From positions 672,001 to 736,000 of the forward strand of contig CAWJYV010000007.1 in the NCBI GenBank assembly GCA_963847185.1: DNA of 64,000 nucleotides, written 5' to 3'. Shown here one piece after another: positions 19,405-29,673 of this stretch. Below the pieces are notes generated by a model. That model had not been told where the DNA came from. It ran no database searches and was given only the letters and a program-made list of their open reading frames with translations. This stretch comes from an uncultured Methanosarcinaceae archaeon. GTDB lineage: Archaea; Halobacteriota; Methanosarcinia; Methanosarcinales; Methanosarcinaceae. Position 1 is the first letter of the stretch. The number at the start of each line of letters is the position of its first letter. Position numbers and translations under genes: made by a program.

Positions 19405-19632
19405 TCACCTGCGGATCTTTATCTCCCACTCTTTACCTCCCTCTTTGTCTTCAATTTCCAGTACCTTGAATCCCATTGCCTCACAGGCCATAGGAATTTC
19501 TTTTTTTGATGCCGGATGCGTACCCTTTACAATTACAAGATCTCCTGGAGAAGCTTTTTTTAATGCTTTTCTGCACTCCACCAGTGGAACAGGGCAGGTC
19601 TGCTTGCGGACGTCTATTTCTATTTCTGCCAC
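19405..19632 (-). CDS. TusA/SirA family sulfurtransferase
   Basis: IDVR...CPVP motif; 75 aa; GTG start after GGGGTGA. Confidence 0.9.
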   Translation of the reverse strand: MAEIEIDVRKQTCPVPLVECRKALKKASPGDLVIVKGTHPASKKEIPMACEAMGFKVLEIEDKEGGKEWEIKIRR

Positions 19633-19786
19633 TTTCTCACCCCCAAAGCAAGAGAAATGAAAGAATCATGACACATTTCTGCCGTCTGTTCATGATTCAG
19701 TAATCTCGAAAAATATGTCACGGTTTTATATTGAAAATATTATTTGGAAATAACCCTTAATATTCTTATTCTAAATTATTTTCTCT

Positions 19787-20206
19787 TCAGAGTGCTCTCC
19801 TTATTTTCTCTGCAATCTCTTCCATATTTGTAGTGTCAGGTTCGGTCCATACTATTGATTTTATTCCTCTTCCTCCATCTCCCTTCTTTCTTGGAATAAT
19901 ATGTACGTGTACGTGAGGAACTTCCTGACCGGCAACTTTCCCATTATTGATGCCAATATTCGATCCTTCTGCCGAAAATGTTCTCTCGACTGCAATTGTA
20001 ATTTTCCTTGCAGCTTCAAAAAGCGAGCCGACTCCTTCTGCATCCATGTCCTTGAATGAGTTAAAATGTTTTTTAGGAGCTACGAGAGTATGGCCTTCGC
20101 TTGCCGGGTGAATGTCCAGAAATGCAAAAGTGGAGTCGTCTTCATATATCTTATTCGAAGGAATTTTTCCTGCTATTATTTTACAAAAAAGGCAATCTTC
20201 TGTCAT
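19787..20206 (-). CDS. HIT family nucleotide hydrolase
   Basis: CLFCKI, GHTLV.PK.H, GQEVPHVHVHIIPR. Confidence 0.95.
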   Translation of the reverse strand: MTEDCLFCKIIAGKIPSNKIYEDDSTFAFLDIHPASEGHTLVAPKKHFNSFKDMDAEGVGSLFEAARKITIAVERTFSAEGSNIGINNGKVAGQEVPHVHVHIIPRKKGDGGRGIKSIVWTEPDTTNMEEIAEKIRRAL

Positions 20207-20357
20207 AACTGTATCCCCTTAGAGGTTTAAGAGGTACACTTATATCAGGGTTCTGTATCTTCCTTAATTTATTGTTGGACTTTGAGACTAAGATTCTGAC
20301 AAGATCAACTGTAAATACATTTCCAACTCTAATATTTATCAGGAGAGTGAATTTTTC

Positions 20358-20669
20358 ATGATTGGTTATATTGCAGGAGCGCTAACAACCATAGCTTTTG
20401 CTCCCCAGCTTTTAAAAGCCCTGACAACAAAATCTACAAAAGACGTATCTCTTATGATGTTACTCTGCTCAACTTCAGGCATGTTTCTCTGGCTCTTTCA
20501 TGGGATTCAGGTGAATGATCCCGCAATTGTCGTAGCAAACAGCATTTCTGTAGTACTTGCTTCCTTACTTCTGGGGCTCAAAGTCAAGAATGATTATGCC
20601 AATCATGTTTTCAAGTCTAATCGAGATCTTAGGAAGTCCAAAAATAGTTTTCTTTCTTCTCGAAAGTAG
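20358..20669 (+). CDS. SemiSWEET/PQ-loop transporter
   Basis: LTTIAFAPQ..K...TKSTKDVS, three TM helices, AN motif; ends in TAG. Confidence 0.88.
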   Translation: MIGYIAGALTTIAFAPQLLKALTTKSTKDVSLMMLLCSTSGMFLWLFHGIQVNDPAIVVANSISVVLASLLLGLKVKNDYANHVFKSNRDLRKSKNSFLSSRK

Positions 20670-20770
20670 GATATTTAATGCTCAACTATATATCTGAGAA
20701 TAAATATAATTCCTCTTATTATATTGACCATTTTTTATCCTTTTTTTAATTGGTGTTGGGGTGAAAATGA

Positions 20771-21127
20771 ATGTCTAGAGTTTTAGCTGGTGCACTGATA
20801 GGTATGGTCTGTACTTTTATCTTCTATTTCATTCCGGGTGTAAATGTTATAGCTCCCCTACTGGGTGGTCTTTTAGCTGGTTATTATGCAGACGGAGAGT
20901 TTAGAGGAGGTCTTGAAACTGGAGTTCTAATGACTATATTTATGATTATTCCGGGAATCGTTCTTGGGGGATTTCTGGGGTCAATACTCAGAGATGCTCC
21001 TGTGCTTGGGGGATTCGTAGCTGCCTCTACATTTGTAATTACACTGGTTATCGTAGCGCATACGGCTGTGATGGGTATAATTGGCTCGATAATTGGGGCC
21101 GTACTGGCGGAAAAGAGAGTAGTATAA
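20771..21127 (+). CDS. Membrane protein (DUF5518-like)
   Basis: IPGVN.IAPLLGGLLAGY; Gly-rich TM helices. Confidence 0.7.
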   Translation: MSRVLAGALIGMVCTFIFYFIPGVNVIAPLLGGLLAGYYADGEFRGGLETGVLMTIFMIIPGIVLGGFLGSILRDAPVLGGFVAASTFVITLVIVAHTAVMGIIGSIIGAVLAEKRVV

Positions 21128-21252
21128 CAGTTAGGTTTCGCTCTGGAAACTAAAAGTTAAGCTCTAAAAGTAATGAAAAATATCTTCTGAGCTAAGGAAG
21201 TTAATATTCTTTTGAAATAAGAAAAATAGATTATGAAGAAAAAGAAACTTTT

Positions 21253-23180
21253 TCAGAGCTTTTTCTTCAATATGAAATATTCTATAAGGATCATCAATAA
21301 AGGCAGGGAAATAGCCATTAGAATTTTCGCTTTTCCCATTGGTTTTGTTGTTCTTCTGTCCTCATTTCCTACGCCTTTATCCAAAATAGATTTTCCTTCA
21401 TCCTCCAGGCCTTTTAGAGTTTCCTTGATTGATGCTCCTGTCTGAGTTTTATTTTCGTCTGTTTTTTCTTCAATGCCATTGTATCCGGTTATTGCAAATG
21501 GAGAGAATCCAGGACTTTCTGCCTTGAAATACAGATATTTACTGTCTTCCCCTGAAAGAGTGGTTGGAAGTTCATTCCATTTCTTGTCACTGTACCTGTT
21601 CAGGATGATTGAAGACTTGTTAATACTTTTATCCTGCATCCAGGATTTTTCAACTCTGAAATTTATGACTGCATTTTCGAGATTATCTGTGTCGCTTCCA
21701 TACCCGCTGTTTCCAACCCATATATTGAGGTAGTTATAGACTTCGTCTTCAGGTGCATCCGGAGTGAGAGTGGATTTATTTTTCAGCATTTCAACAATAG
21801 TTGTTGTCTTGCCAACAGTCTTCTTTGAATCAAAGCTCAAACTTACAATAGCAGTAGCGTTATTTATGAACTCAAACTTTATAAATTTTCCACTGGTAAT
21901 GAAAACCTGGGAAAGTTCCTTTACTTTCACATTCGATGCGGGCTCTGGAGAACCGCCGCCAGCACCGCCACTAGAACTTGATTTTGATTTTGAGCTGGAT
22001 CCAGAGCTGGAACCTGAACTACTGAATCTGAACCTGAACTCTCGCCTGAAGAGGATTTTGTCACATTCACAGTTTTTGTGAGTTCATTGTTTGTTTCGTC
22101 TTTTTCACGTATCACTGTTCCGGAATCCACTGTAAGTTTTACTTCGATTTGTCCCTCGACTGTAGGAGTCCAGAAAAATGTGATCGGTGACGTTCCACCT
22201 GCAGAAAGGGCAGGTACCGTTGTTTGCCCGCTGGAAGTCTCATTGATTCCCTTGATGTTATATTTGAGTTCGCATCTTGATGAGCTCCCAGGCCCATTAT
22301 TTTTTACTGTTACTGCGAAAGTAATGTTTTCTCCGGGCTCCGGAGCTTCCGGATTTACAGAAAGAGACTCTATAGTCAGATCAGGAGGTATGGCTAATAT
22401 GTTCACTTTTTTTGTGAGTCCGTTGTTCGTTTCGTTACTTTCATATACTGCTGTTCCTGAATCAATAAGTCCCCCTATTTCTATCTGGCCTTCTTTGTCT
22501 GGGGTTAAGGAAAATACAACAGATGTACTCTCTTCCGCTGGAAGAGGTGAAACATTAATATCCTGACCTGCAACCCCGTCAATATAATATCTCACCATAA
22601 CAGCTTCTGAGGGGGCTGTACCCTGGTTTTTTATTTTCAGGGCAATATTTAAGAGATTGCCTACTTGAGGGGCAGATGATCCCGGAACAATGTCTTCAAT
22701 TATCAGGTCTGGGAGAGGATTTTCTATTACCGTTAATGTGGCTGTTCTCTGGTTATTTTCATCATTGCTTTCGACTACCAAATTTTCTTCATCGACCTTT
22801 GCGGTCATCTCCACGGTACCCTCAGTTCCTAAATTCCATAACAATGATATTTGTCTACTCTGCCCGGCTACTATTTCAGGGACTTCGCTCTTTCCTATAG
22901 AGTTTCCATCGCTATAATAAGCTACATCAGTTACTCCCGAGCTTGCTGTTCCTTGATTTTTTATTGTTGCTGTAATAGTTACCGTTTGTCCAGGTTCTGG
23001 ATTCACTGGATTAAAAGAAAGATCTTCAATTATCAGATCTGGAAATTCATTAACAGTTGAATTATTTCCTGTATCATTTTCATCTGCGGCAGTTATAATT
23101 TCGGGCATTAGTCCTGGGATGATTAAAACTATTAATAATATCGAGATTAAAGAATTGTAAAAACCTGTTTTCATTTTCAT
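21253..23180 (-). CDS. Cell-surface protein: three CARDB domains, Ser/Gly linker and PGF-pre-PGF domain; frameshift near 22023
   Basis: PDL.I...KNQG...VD....V.E..E.NN three times; the other frame continues SSSGSSSGSSS...GGGSPEPASNVKVKE...PGFSPFAITG. Confidence 0.85.
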
Positions 23181-23692
23181 CGGCTTTGCCCCCACCTTTG
23201 TAAACAAAAATGTCTGATATATACTACTGATTCTCCGATAATTATTTCGTGGATAATATAAATAAAGTTTCTGATCTTTAATTCTGAAATATATCTTATT
23301 ATAAAATTGTTTATTAAGACATTTATATATTGCCCCGGTATAATCCTCGTACAATTTTTGGAGCAAAAACTTTAATCATTTACTATTTTTAGTTTAGTTT
23401 TTCAGTTTATACAATTTCTTTTAAGCTTACAATGTAAAAGTGAATTTTCCCAGCCATTATATATCTTTTGTTATTTTTTCCAATCCCAATCATAATAGAA
23501 TATAATTTTGTAAGCTTTCAAAGTAAATGGACAATGTACAATAAAAGGGCAAAGAAAAAAAAGTGCAAAAAGGAAAAAAAAAAAAAAAAAAATAAATAAA
23601 TAAAAAATAAATAAATGCTGTATGAGAAAAGTGAAATAAATAGAGTAATAAGCGTAAAGTCTCTAAGAGTAAAGAGTAAAAATAAAGAGGAA

Positions 23693-24865
23693 TCAAGCAA
23701 TCAGATATTTTTTATCTCTGATCTGGGCTCTGCTATCTACCCCAAGTATTCCGGCAATTTCTACCCCTTCACTGCCTACCTCCGCAAGCCGGGAGTAGAT
23801 TTCTGATCTTGAGATGTATTTTTCAGTCCTTGTTCCATCAGCATCTTCCATTTTGATGGTTATCTCTTCTTTATTGTGTCCTTTTGCCAGGCATTCCTGA
23901 ACGATTACCCCGTATTGTTCGGCAATAACTTTCAAGCAGTCAAAAATCTGGTTTGTGGAAACTGCATCTTCTTCGTCAAGCAGAACTTTTAAAAGATCAT
24001 AGGTACGGATATTTGTCCTCAAGTAAGCCTGGATTCTTTCCGGAACTTCTGCCAGTTTTTCCGTATCTACAAAAGCTCTGAGTTCTTTATCAGCAGTGAT
24101 TTCCTTATTGTCTTCATATATGAAATATCTTAATTCTCCGCCTTCGATCCTGTATTTTCTGTTTGCTTTTTTGTTTTCAAGGGTTAGGCGGAAGTTTTTA
24201 TCACTATCATATGCCAGAAAAGTTACAATAAAGTCAGATAGATCCTGCATTTTTATTTTCTCTTCTTTTCGAAGAATACCTGCCCTGGTCCAGCCCGGCA
24301 GGCTTAAATTCCCAAGCAGCTTTTCTACTGTCAGGGACTCTTCTAAGAACTCAAGCTTATAATAATACTGGAGGCCTGAGACCGAACCCTCTATCTCTCC
24401 TGAAATGCCGTTTATGCTGCTGGAAAGCTCAAATCTCTTCTCGGCCCCATAAACTCCTGAGATTAAAAATCTGCTAAGCACTTCCAGGATTTTGCTTTCA
24501 ATTTTTTTGTATTCGTGAGCGTTTCCACTTTCAATTTTTTTGTGCTCTGTTTCGAGGACATCTCTTTTTTTCTCAAAATTCTCACTGCAAATCTGGAGGA
24601 GTTTATTGGCACAGGGTATGACATCTTCAGTGCCCACTTCATTCACTAATCTTTTGAGTAGTAAGCCCAGTTTCTCTTCAAAAATGTTCATTCCATTTAT
24701 TCTGCTGTTCAATTCATGGAGCGCTTCTTTATGTTTGCACTTTATTTCTATTATGGAGTTCTCCAGAGGGATTACTTTGGAAGTCATATCTAAAAATATT
24801 TTCAGATCCTCAATGAAATCTCGCTGCACAGGCAGTTCTGTGGAGTCTTGGTAAATATATTTCAT
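23693..24865 (-). CDS. Hypothetical protein with N-terminal coiled-coil
   Basis: Long uninterrupted ORF with typical codon usage; no motif recognised. Confidence 0.75.
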   Translation of the reverse strand: MKYIYQDSTELPVQRDFIEDLKIFLDMTSKVIPLENSIIEIKCKHKEALHELNSRINGMNIFEEKLGLLLKRLVNEVGTEDVIPCANKLLQICSENFEKKRDVLETEHKKIESGNAHEYKKIESKILEVLSRFLISGVYGAEKRFELSSSINGISGEIEGSVSGLQYYYKLEFLEESLTVEKLLGNLSLPGWTRAGILRKEEKIKMQDLSDFIVTFLAYDSDKNFRLTLENKKANRKYRIEGGELRYFIYEDNKEITADKELRAFVDTEKLAEVPERIQAYLRTNIRTYDLLKVLLDEEDAVSTNQIFDCLKVIAEQYGVIVQECLAKGHNKEEITIKMEDADGTRTEKYISRSEIYSRLAEVGSEGVEIAGILGVDSRAQIRDKKYLIA

Positions 24866-25034
24866 GAAAGCACCCTGGATAGCTAAACAACCCTTCAAAT
24901 ATTCTATGACCTATAGCTATATAATATTTTATCCAAGATCTTATCCTATTTTTAAGTGATGTTTCTCTTTTCTTATGTGGGTTACCCCCTTATACTCCCC
25001 AAGGATACCCACTAAAGGTCCAGACACTTCTATT

Positions 25035-25988
25035 TTATAGCAGAATCTTTCTGACAGGGTCCAGAATTTCATTTATATATTTTGCAGCTGAATTTTTAAG
25101 GTCCATTGGATGAACGTTTTCTGCTACAAAAGCACTTTCCATTTCAAAGTAACTTGCATATGTCAGGTTTCCACCAAACTTTTCAGGTCTCTCTATGACA
25201 ACTGTTTCATATCTGGGGAAGATGTGATAGCGGAAAAGAGCAAGAATAGGGTTTTCTTCTACATCTCCGATTTTACAGAAGGCTTTCTTAAACTTTCTGT
25301 ATATTTCTTCTTCAGTGTCGTCTACTGAGATGAAATTATCTTTTGAAGAAGCCATCTTGGTTCCATCCAAGCCGAGAAGAATCGGGGTGTGAATGCAGAT
25401 GGGCGTTTGGAACCCTAGATTTTTTAAATTTTCACGGGCAAGCATATGGATTTTCCTCTGATCAATACCTCCAACTGCAACATCTACTTCGAGCATGGCA
25501 ATGTCAACAGCCTGCATCAAGGGATACACCATCTGGGAGACCATTGGGTCATCCATAGCACGCCCAACCTCATCCATGCTCCTGCGTGCCCTGTTAAGAG
25601 TTACTGCCCCTGAAAGCTTGAGGACATTTAACATGTACTCGTCTCCAAGCTGAAAATCCGATCCATATACAAAATTAGTTTCTTCTTCATCAAGCCCGAG
25701 TGCAATAAAGCATTTCCTGTTATAATCTGCTATTTTTCGTACTTCTTCAAGTGTGCCTTTTCTGTTCAGATAAGCATGTATATCTGCAAGTAAGACAGTG
25801 ATTTTGAAGCCGGCCTTTTGCAGATCAATTAGTTTGTTTACTGTCAAGACGTGTCCCATATGGATTTTCCCGCTAGGTTCGTATCCTACATAGGCACGTG
25901 GAGCTTCCTTTTTCTTAAGGAGGTCTTCAAGTTCATTTTCAGTTACAATTTCCTGAACATTTCTTTTTATAAGTTCGAATCTGTCCAT
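25035..25988 (-). CDS. tyrS: Tyrosyl-tRNA synthetase
   Basis: YVGYEPSGKIHMGH, YPLMQAVD, GGIDQRKIH, KMASS. Confidence 0.97.
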   Translation of the reverse strand: MDRFELIKRNVQEIVTENELEDLLKKKEAPRAYVGYEPSGKIHMGHVLTVNKLIDLQKAGFKITVLLADIHAYLNRKGTLEEVRKIADYNRKCFIALGLDEEETNFVYGSDFQLGDEYMLNVLKLSGAVTLNRARRSMDEVGRAMDDPMVSQMVYPLMQAVDIAMLEVDVAVGGIDQRKIHMLARENLKNLGFQTPICIHTPILLGLDGTKMASSKDNFISVDDTEEEIYRKFKKAFCKIGDVEENPILALFRYHIFPRYETVVIERPEKFGGNLTYASYFEMESAFVAENVHPMDLKNSAAKYINEILDPVRKILL

Positions 25989-26030
25989 TGCCTCTACAAT
26001 CCTTATCTTTATTTTCTTATTCTCAAAAAC

Positions 26031-26762
26031 TTAGTTTCTATTAATAAGTTTCTCTAAAAATACCATCCCTTCTTTTGATTTAAAATTGGGAACTTCCCAG
26101 TTTTGGGTGACTTTTCTACGCAGAGATTTTGTTTCCTTACTAAGAATGGGGTTAAAGCCAGAAATTTCATATTCTTCCTTAGAAATAATAATTCCTCTCC
26201 TCTGCCAGGCAGGGAGTGTGGCAAGATTAGTTCCTCTTTCAAAAAGCATTTCGTGAATTTCCCGTTCCTTTTTCCCTTTCAGATATTTTGCAGCCTCATC
26301 TTTTTCCATTCCTTCATCCCTCAGGGTATAATACCCCCAGGCTGCTACAAAATTGCGCCAGGCTTCAAGCTGTCTCCACTGAAAATAAGTAGAAATTTCT
26401 TCTTTTTGAAGGGCAACTATTCTAGAATCAAAAGCCACAGGTTCTTCAAGCTTTAAATTTATTGTAAGGGAACTTCCCAGAAAGCTTGCTACGATGGAGT
26501 CGATTTTTTCCACCCTTCCTTCAAATGGAAGCTCCATGAATAAAAAGCTGATTTCATCCGAAAAAGTATAGGCAGAGAGGGGACTTAAACCGCTTTTTTT
26601 AATTAAAAGTTCGGCAGTATCCGCCATTGCCCTGGCGAAGGTTTGATCATAGGGTTTTTTAAAGCCCAGTCCCAAAAGCGTATTTCTAAAATTCCTGCCG
26701 TCAGCGCGCACAATCACAGGAGGGATACAGCGCATTTCAGCATAGATTTCCCGGCTTTTCAT
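26031..26762 (-). CDS. thg1: tRNA(His) guanylyltransferase Thg1 / Thg1-like protein
   Basis: RADGRNF, YTFSDEIS, GRVEK, FDSR, WRQ.EAWRN, WQRRG. Confidence 0.95.
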   Translation of the reverse strand: MKSREIYAEMRCIPPVIVRADGRNFRNTLLGLGFKKPYDQTFARAMADTAELLIKKSGLSPLSAYTFSDEISFLFMELPFEGRVEKIDSIVASFLGSSLTINLKLEEPVAFDSRIVALQKEEISTYFQWRQLEAWRNFVAAWGYYTLRDEGMEKDEAAKYLKGKKEREIHEMLFERGTNLATLPAWQRRGIIISKEEYEISGFNPILSKETKSLRRKVTQNWEVPNFKSKEGMVFLEKLINRN

Positions 26763-26779
26763 AAACCTTTCGAAATTTG

Positions 26780-27040
26780 TCAGTCTTCCTTCTGTTTCTT
26801 GTATCTCTGGACAATATCTCTAACTATGATAATATCTGCTGCTGTTATAACCCACCTGTAAGGAATAATTATGCCTCTGGTGTTCAGATCAAATAGTTCC
26901 CTGTTAATCTCCGAAACAGCAAGTCCGGTGATCTTCTGTTCTTCTATATCAATTACGAGATCCTGTAGCTTTCCAACATAGACACCATTACTTGTGTATA
27001 TGTTTAAACCAAAGAGTGATGTAATTTCTGCGCGCATCAT
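26780..27040 (-). CDS. PRC-barrel domain protein
   Basis: IYTSNG.YVG...DLVID...IIPY.WV....DIIIV. Confidence 0.88.
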   Translation of the reverse strand: MMRAEITSLFGLNIYTSNGVYVGKLQDLVIDIEEQKITGLAVSEINRELFDLNTRGIIIPYRWVITAADIIIVRDIVQRYKKQKED

Positions 27041-27626
27041 ATCCCTGCTTTGTAAATTAATTTAAATCTTTCTCCTAACCTTATAGGAAAAACATACTTA
27101 TATATCTTACAGTTTTACTGGCTTATGATTACTAATTTTCTGTCGTTATTTGGGTAAACTTGGATTAACTCTTTATTATAATAACAATTCTTATTAAGTT
27201 AACGAAAGAAATGAAGACATTTAGACATTTAAATCCTTTTTCCAATACTGAATGAAAAAGAAATAGTTTTAGTTGCGTTAAGTCGTTCTTGAAGATTCGA
27301 TCAAAGGGGCAACTTTTGTTTATTGTCTTTGCCGTTAAGTATTATACGTAGTTACACGTTCTATTGTGAACCGGGCCACTGTTATATCATGAACTGAAAG
27401 CTGATATCTTTTTATAATTTTTGGCTCATAGGTAAATTTCTAAATTACCTATGAGCAGAACTTTTTAATCTTTTATGCGACCTTTTTTACTTTCATTTGC
27501 TTATTTTTACGTTAGATTAATTTTGTTTTATTTATCTACATCAATTTGTTTTACTAGTTATACTTATTTTTTATCAAACTTACTCTAATTATTTTCTTCT
27601 TTTTGCACCGAGGTTATTTCCATTAC

Positions 27627-28550
27627 TTATATTTCCAGCCCTGAGATTACAGTTCTGATATTTTCGGCTGATTTCCTCAAGATTTCATGTTGATTCTCAT
27701 TAAGCTTGAGTTCAAGGATTTCTTCAACTCCGGATGCTCCGAGTTTCACTGGTACGCCAAAATAAATTCCTTCCTGTCCATACTGTCCTTCCAGATAAGC
27801 GCAAGCCGGAAGAACTCTTTTTGTGTCTTTAATTATGGCCTCTGCCATAGATACTATAGCTGAAGAGGGAGCATAAAACGCACTTCCCTGTTTAAGAAGT
27901 TCAACAATTTCGGCTCCTCCGTTTATTGTTCTTTCTACCAGCCTGGAAATTTTATCCTTCGGAAGCAAGTCTGTAAGTGGAATCCCTGATACTGTCGTAT
28001 ACTGAGGGAGGGGTACCATAAGATCACCGTGTCCCCCTATTACCATTGCCTGTACGTCCTTTTTCGAACATTTAAGCTCTTCTGCAATAAAGCTAGAAAA
28101 ACGGCCTGCATCCAGAACTCCGCTCATTCCGAATACTCTTTTTGTCTCAAATCCTGTTGACTTCATAGCTACATGGGTTATAATGTCAAGTGGGTTTGTA
28201 ACAGTAATTACTATAGATTTCGGAGCATATTTTGCAATATTTTTGGAAATTTCTATTATTATTTTAGAGTTTGTTTTAATCAGGTCTTCACGACTCATTC
28301 CTGGTTTCCTGGCAATTCCGGCTGTAATAATTACGAGATCAGAATCTGCGATATCTGCGTAGTTATTGGTACCCAGTATTGAGGTATCATACCCCTTTAT
28401 CGCTCCTGCCTGCATCAGATCAAGAGCTTTTCCTTGAGGCATTCCTTCTACAACATCAGTCATAACAATTTCGCCAAGCTCAAGTTCAGCTAGCCGCTGG
28501 ACTGTAGTTGCTCCCACATTTCCTGCACCAATAACAGAAATTTTAGCCAT
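27627..28550 (-). CDS. mdh: LDH-like malate dehydrogenase
   Basis: GAGNVG, TAGIARKPGMSREDL, NPLD, GGHGD. Confidence 0.95.
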   Translation of the reverse strand: MAKISVIGAGNVGATTVQRLAELELGEIVMTDVVEGMPQGKALDLMQAGAIKGYDTSILGTNNYADIADSDLVIITAGIARKPGMSREDLIKTNSKIIIEISKNIAKYAPKSIVITVTNPLDIITHVAMKSTGFETKRVFGMSGVLDAGRFSSFIAEELKCSKKDVQAMVIGGHGDLMVPLPQYTTVSGIPLTDLLPKDKISRLVERTINGGAEIVELLKQGSAFYAPSSAIVSMAEAIIKDTKRVLPACAYLEGQYGQEGIYFGVPVKLGASGVEEILELKLNENQHEILRKSAENIRTVISGLEI

Positions 28551-28823
28551 TACTTGCACTCCTGTATCATACAATTATTCAGAATAGTTCCTTATCTTCG
28601 GAATTAAATATTTATTCTTTACTTTGTTTATTATTACTGGTAAACTATTATTTGAATATTTATTTTTTGTTGTTCCATCCTAAAATTTTTCATCTTATTT
28701 TTCAAGATGCACCAATAACAGAAATTTGACACTATTTTTTTCGAATACTTTCAGTTTTCATGCAGTATTTTTATTAGACATTACTCTCAATTAGGCAGAG
28801 AAATATGCTGGATCAGGGAAAAC

Positions 28824-29573
28824 ATGCTGAATAATACATATATTCATATTCCGGGTATAGGGAAGAATCTCGAGCAGAAAATCTGGGCTCAGGGAATACA
28901 TACATGGGAAGAGTTCCTTGAGATGAAAGAGATAATTCAAATCCCTTCTGCCCGGAAAGTCAGAATTTGCGAAGGAATTGGGGAATCCTCTGAGCGTCTG
29001 GCTTCGAAGGATTACTCTTTTTTTTCGCAGTGTCTCCCTTCTGTGGAACACTGGAGAGCTTATCCTGTATTTTCCGACTCTGTCGCGTTTGTTGATATTG
29101 AGACAACGGGCCTTTCTCAACATCGAGATAAAATTACCATTATTGGAATTTATGACGGGAAAAAACCAAAAACATATGTAAAAGGTATAAATCTCGATGA
29201 TGCCGTCGAAGAGTTTTCAAAATACGGACTGCTCGTTTCTTTCAACGGTGCTCGTTTTGATCTCCCCTTCATAAAGTCCGAATTTCCTGATATTAAATTT
29301 AATCAACTCCATATTGACCTGATGTATCCGTTAAGAAGAATTGGATACAGTGGAGGTCTCAAAAAAATTGAAAAACTACTCGGAATCTCCAGAAGTGAAG
29401 ATACTGAAGGTATAACTGGGTTTGATGCTGTCAGGCTCTGGAAAAAGTATGAGAGAGGGGATCAGGAAGCTCTGAACCTACTTGTTAAATATAATGAAGA
29501 GGATATTGTAAATCTGAAGACGATTATAGAGCTCACTTACCCTAAAATGGTTGAAAAGGCTCTAGAGGTCTGA
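28824..29573 (+). CDS. YprB/RNase H-like (DEDD) exonuclease with N-terminal HhH
   Basis: HIPGIG, DIETTGL, FNG.RFD.PF, GGLK.IE, YN.ED. Confidence 0.85.
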   Translation: MLNNTYIHIPGIGKNLEQKIWAQGIHTWEEFLEMKEIIQIPSARKVRICEGIGESSERLASKDYSFFSQCLPSVEHWRAYPVFSDSVAFVDIETTGLSQHRDKITIIGIYDGKKPKTYVKGINLDDAVEEFSKYGLLVSFNGARFDLPFIKSEFPDIKFNQLHIDLMYPLRRIGYSGGLKKIEKLLGISRSEDTEGITGFDAVRLWKKYERGDQEALNLLVKYNEEDIVNLKTIIELTYPKMVEKALEV

Positions 29574-29673
29574 AGGCTAGAATCTTTTCAAGATCCGAAA
29601 TTAATAAAAGACAAAGATCTCAGGCAGTAGGTATATATTTTCCATTAATACTTATACCTTATACTGATGGTCT

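Noticed and set aside
23490-23700. Poly-A/low-complexity tract with small ORFs
   Set aside because: Explained as minus-strand oligo-U terminator sequence; the ORFs are compositional artefacts. The same applies to 55405-55620 on the plus strand
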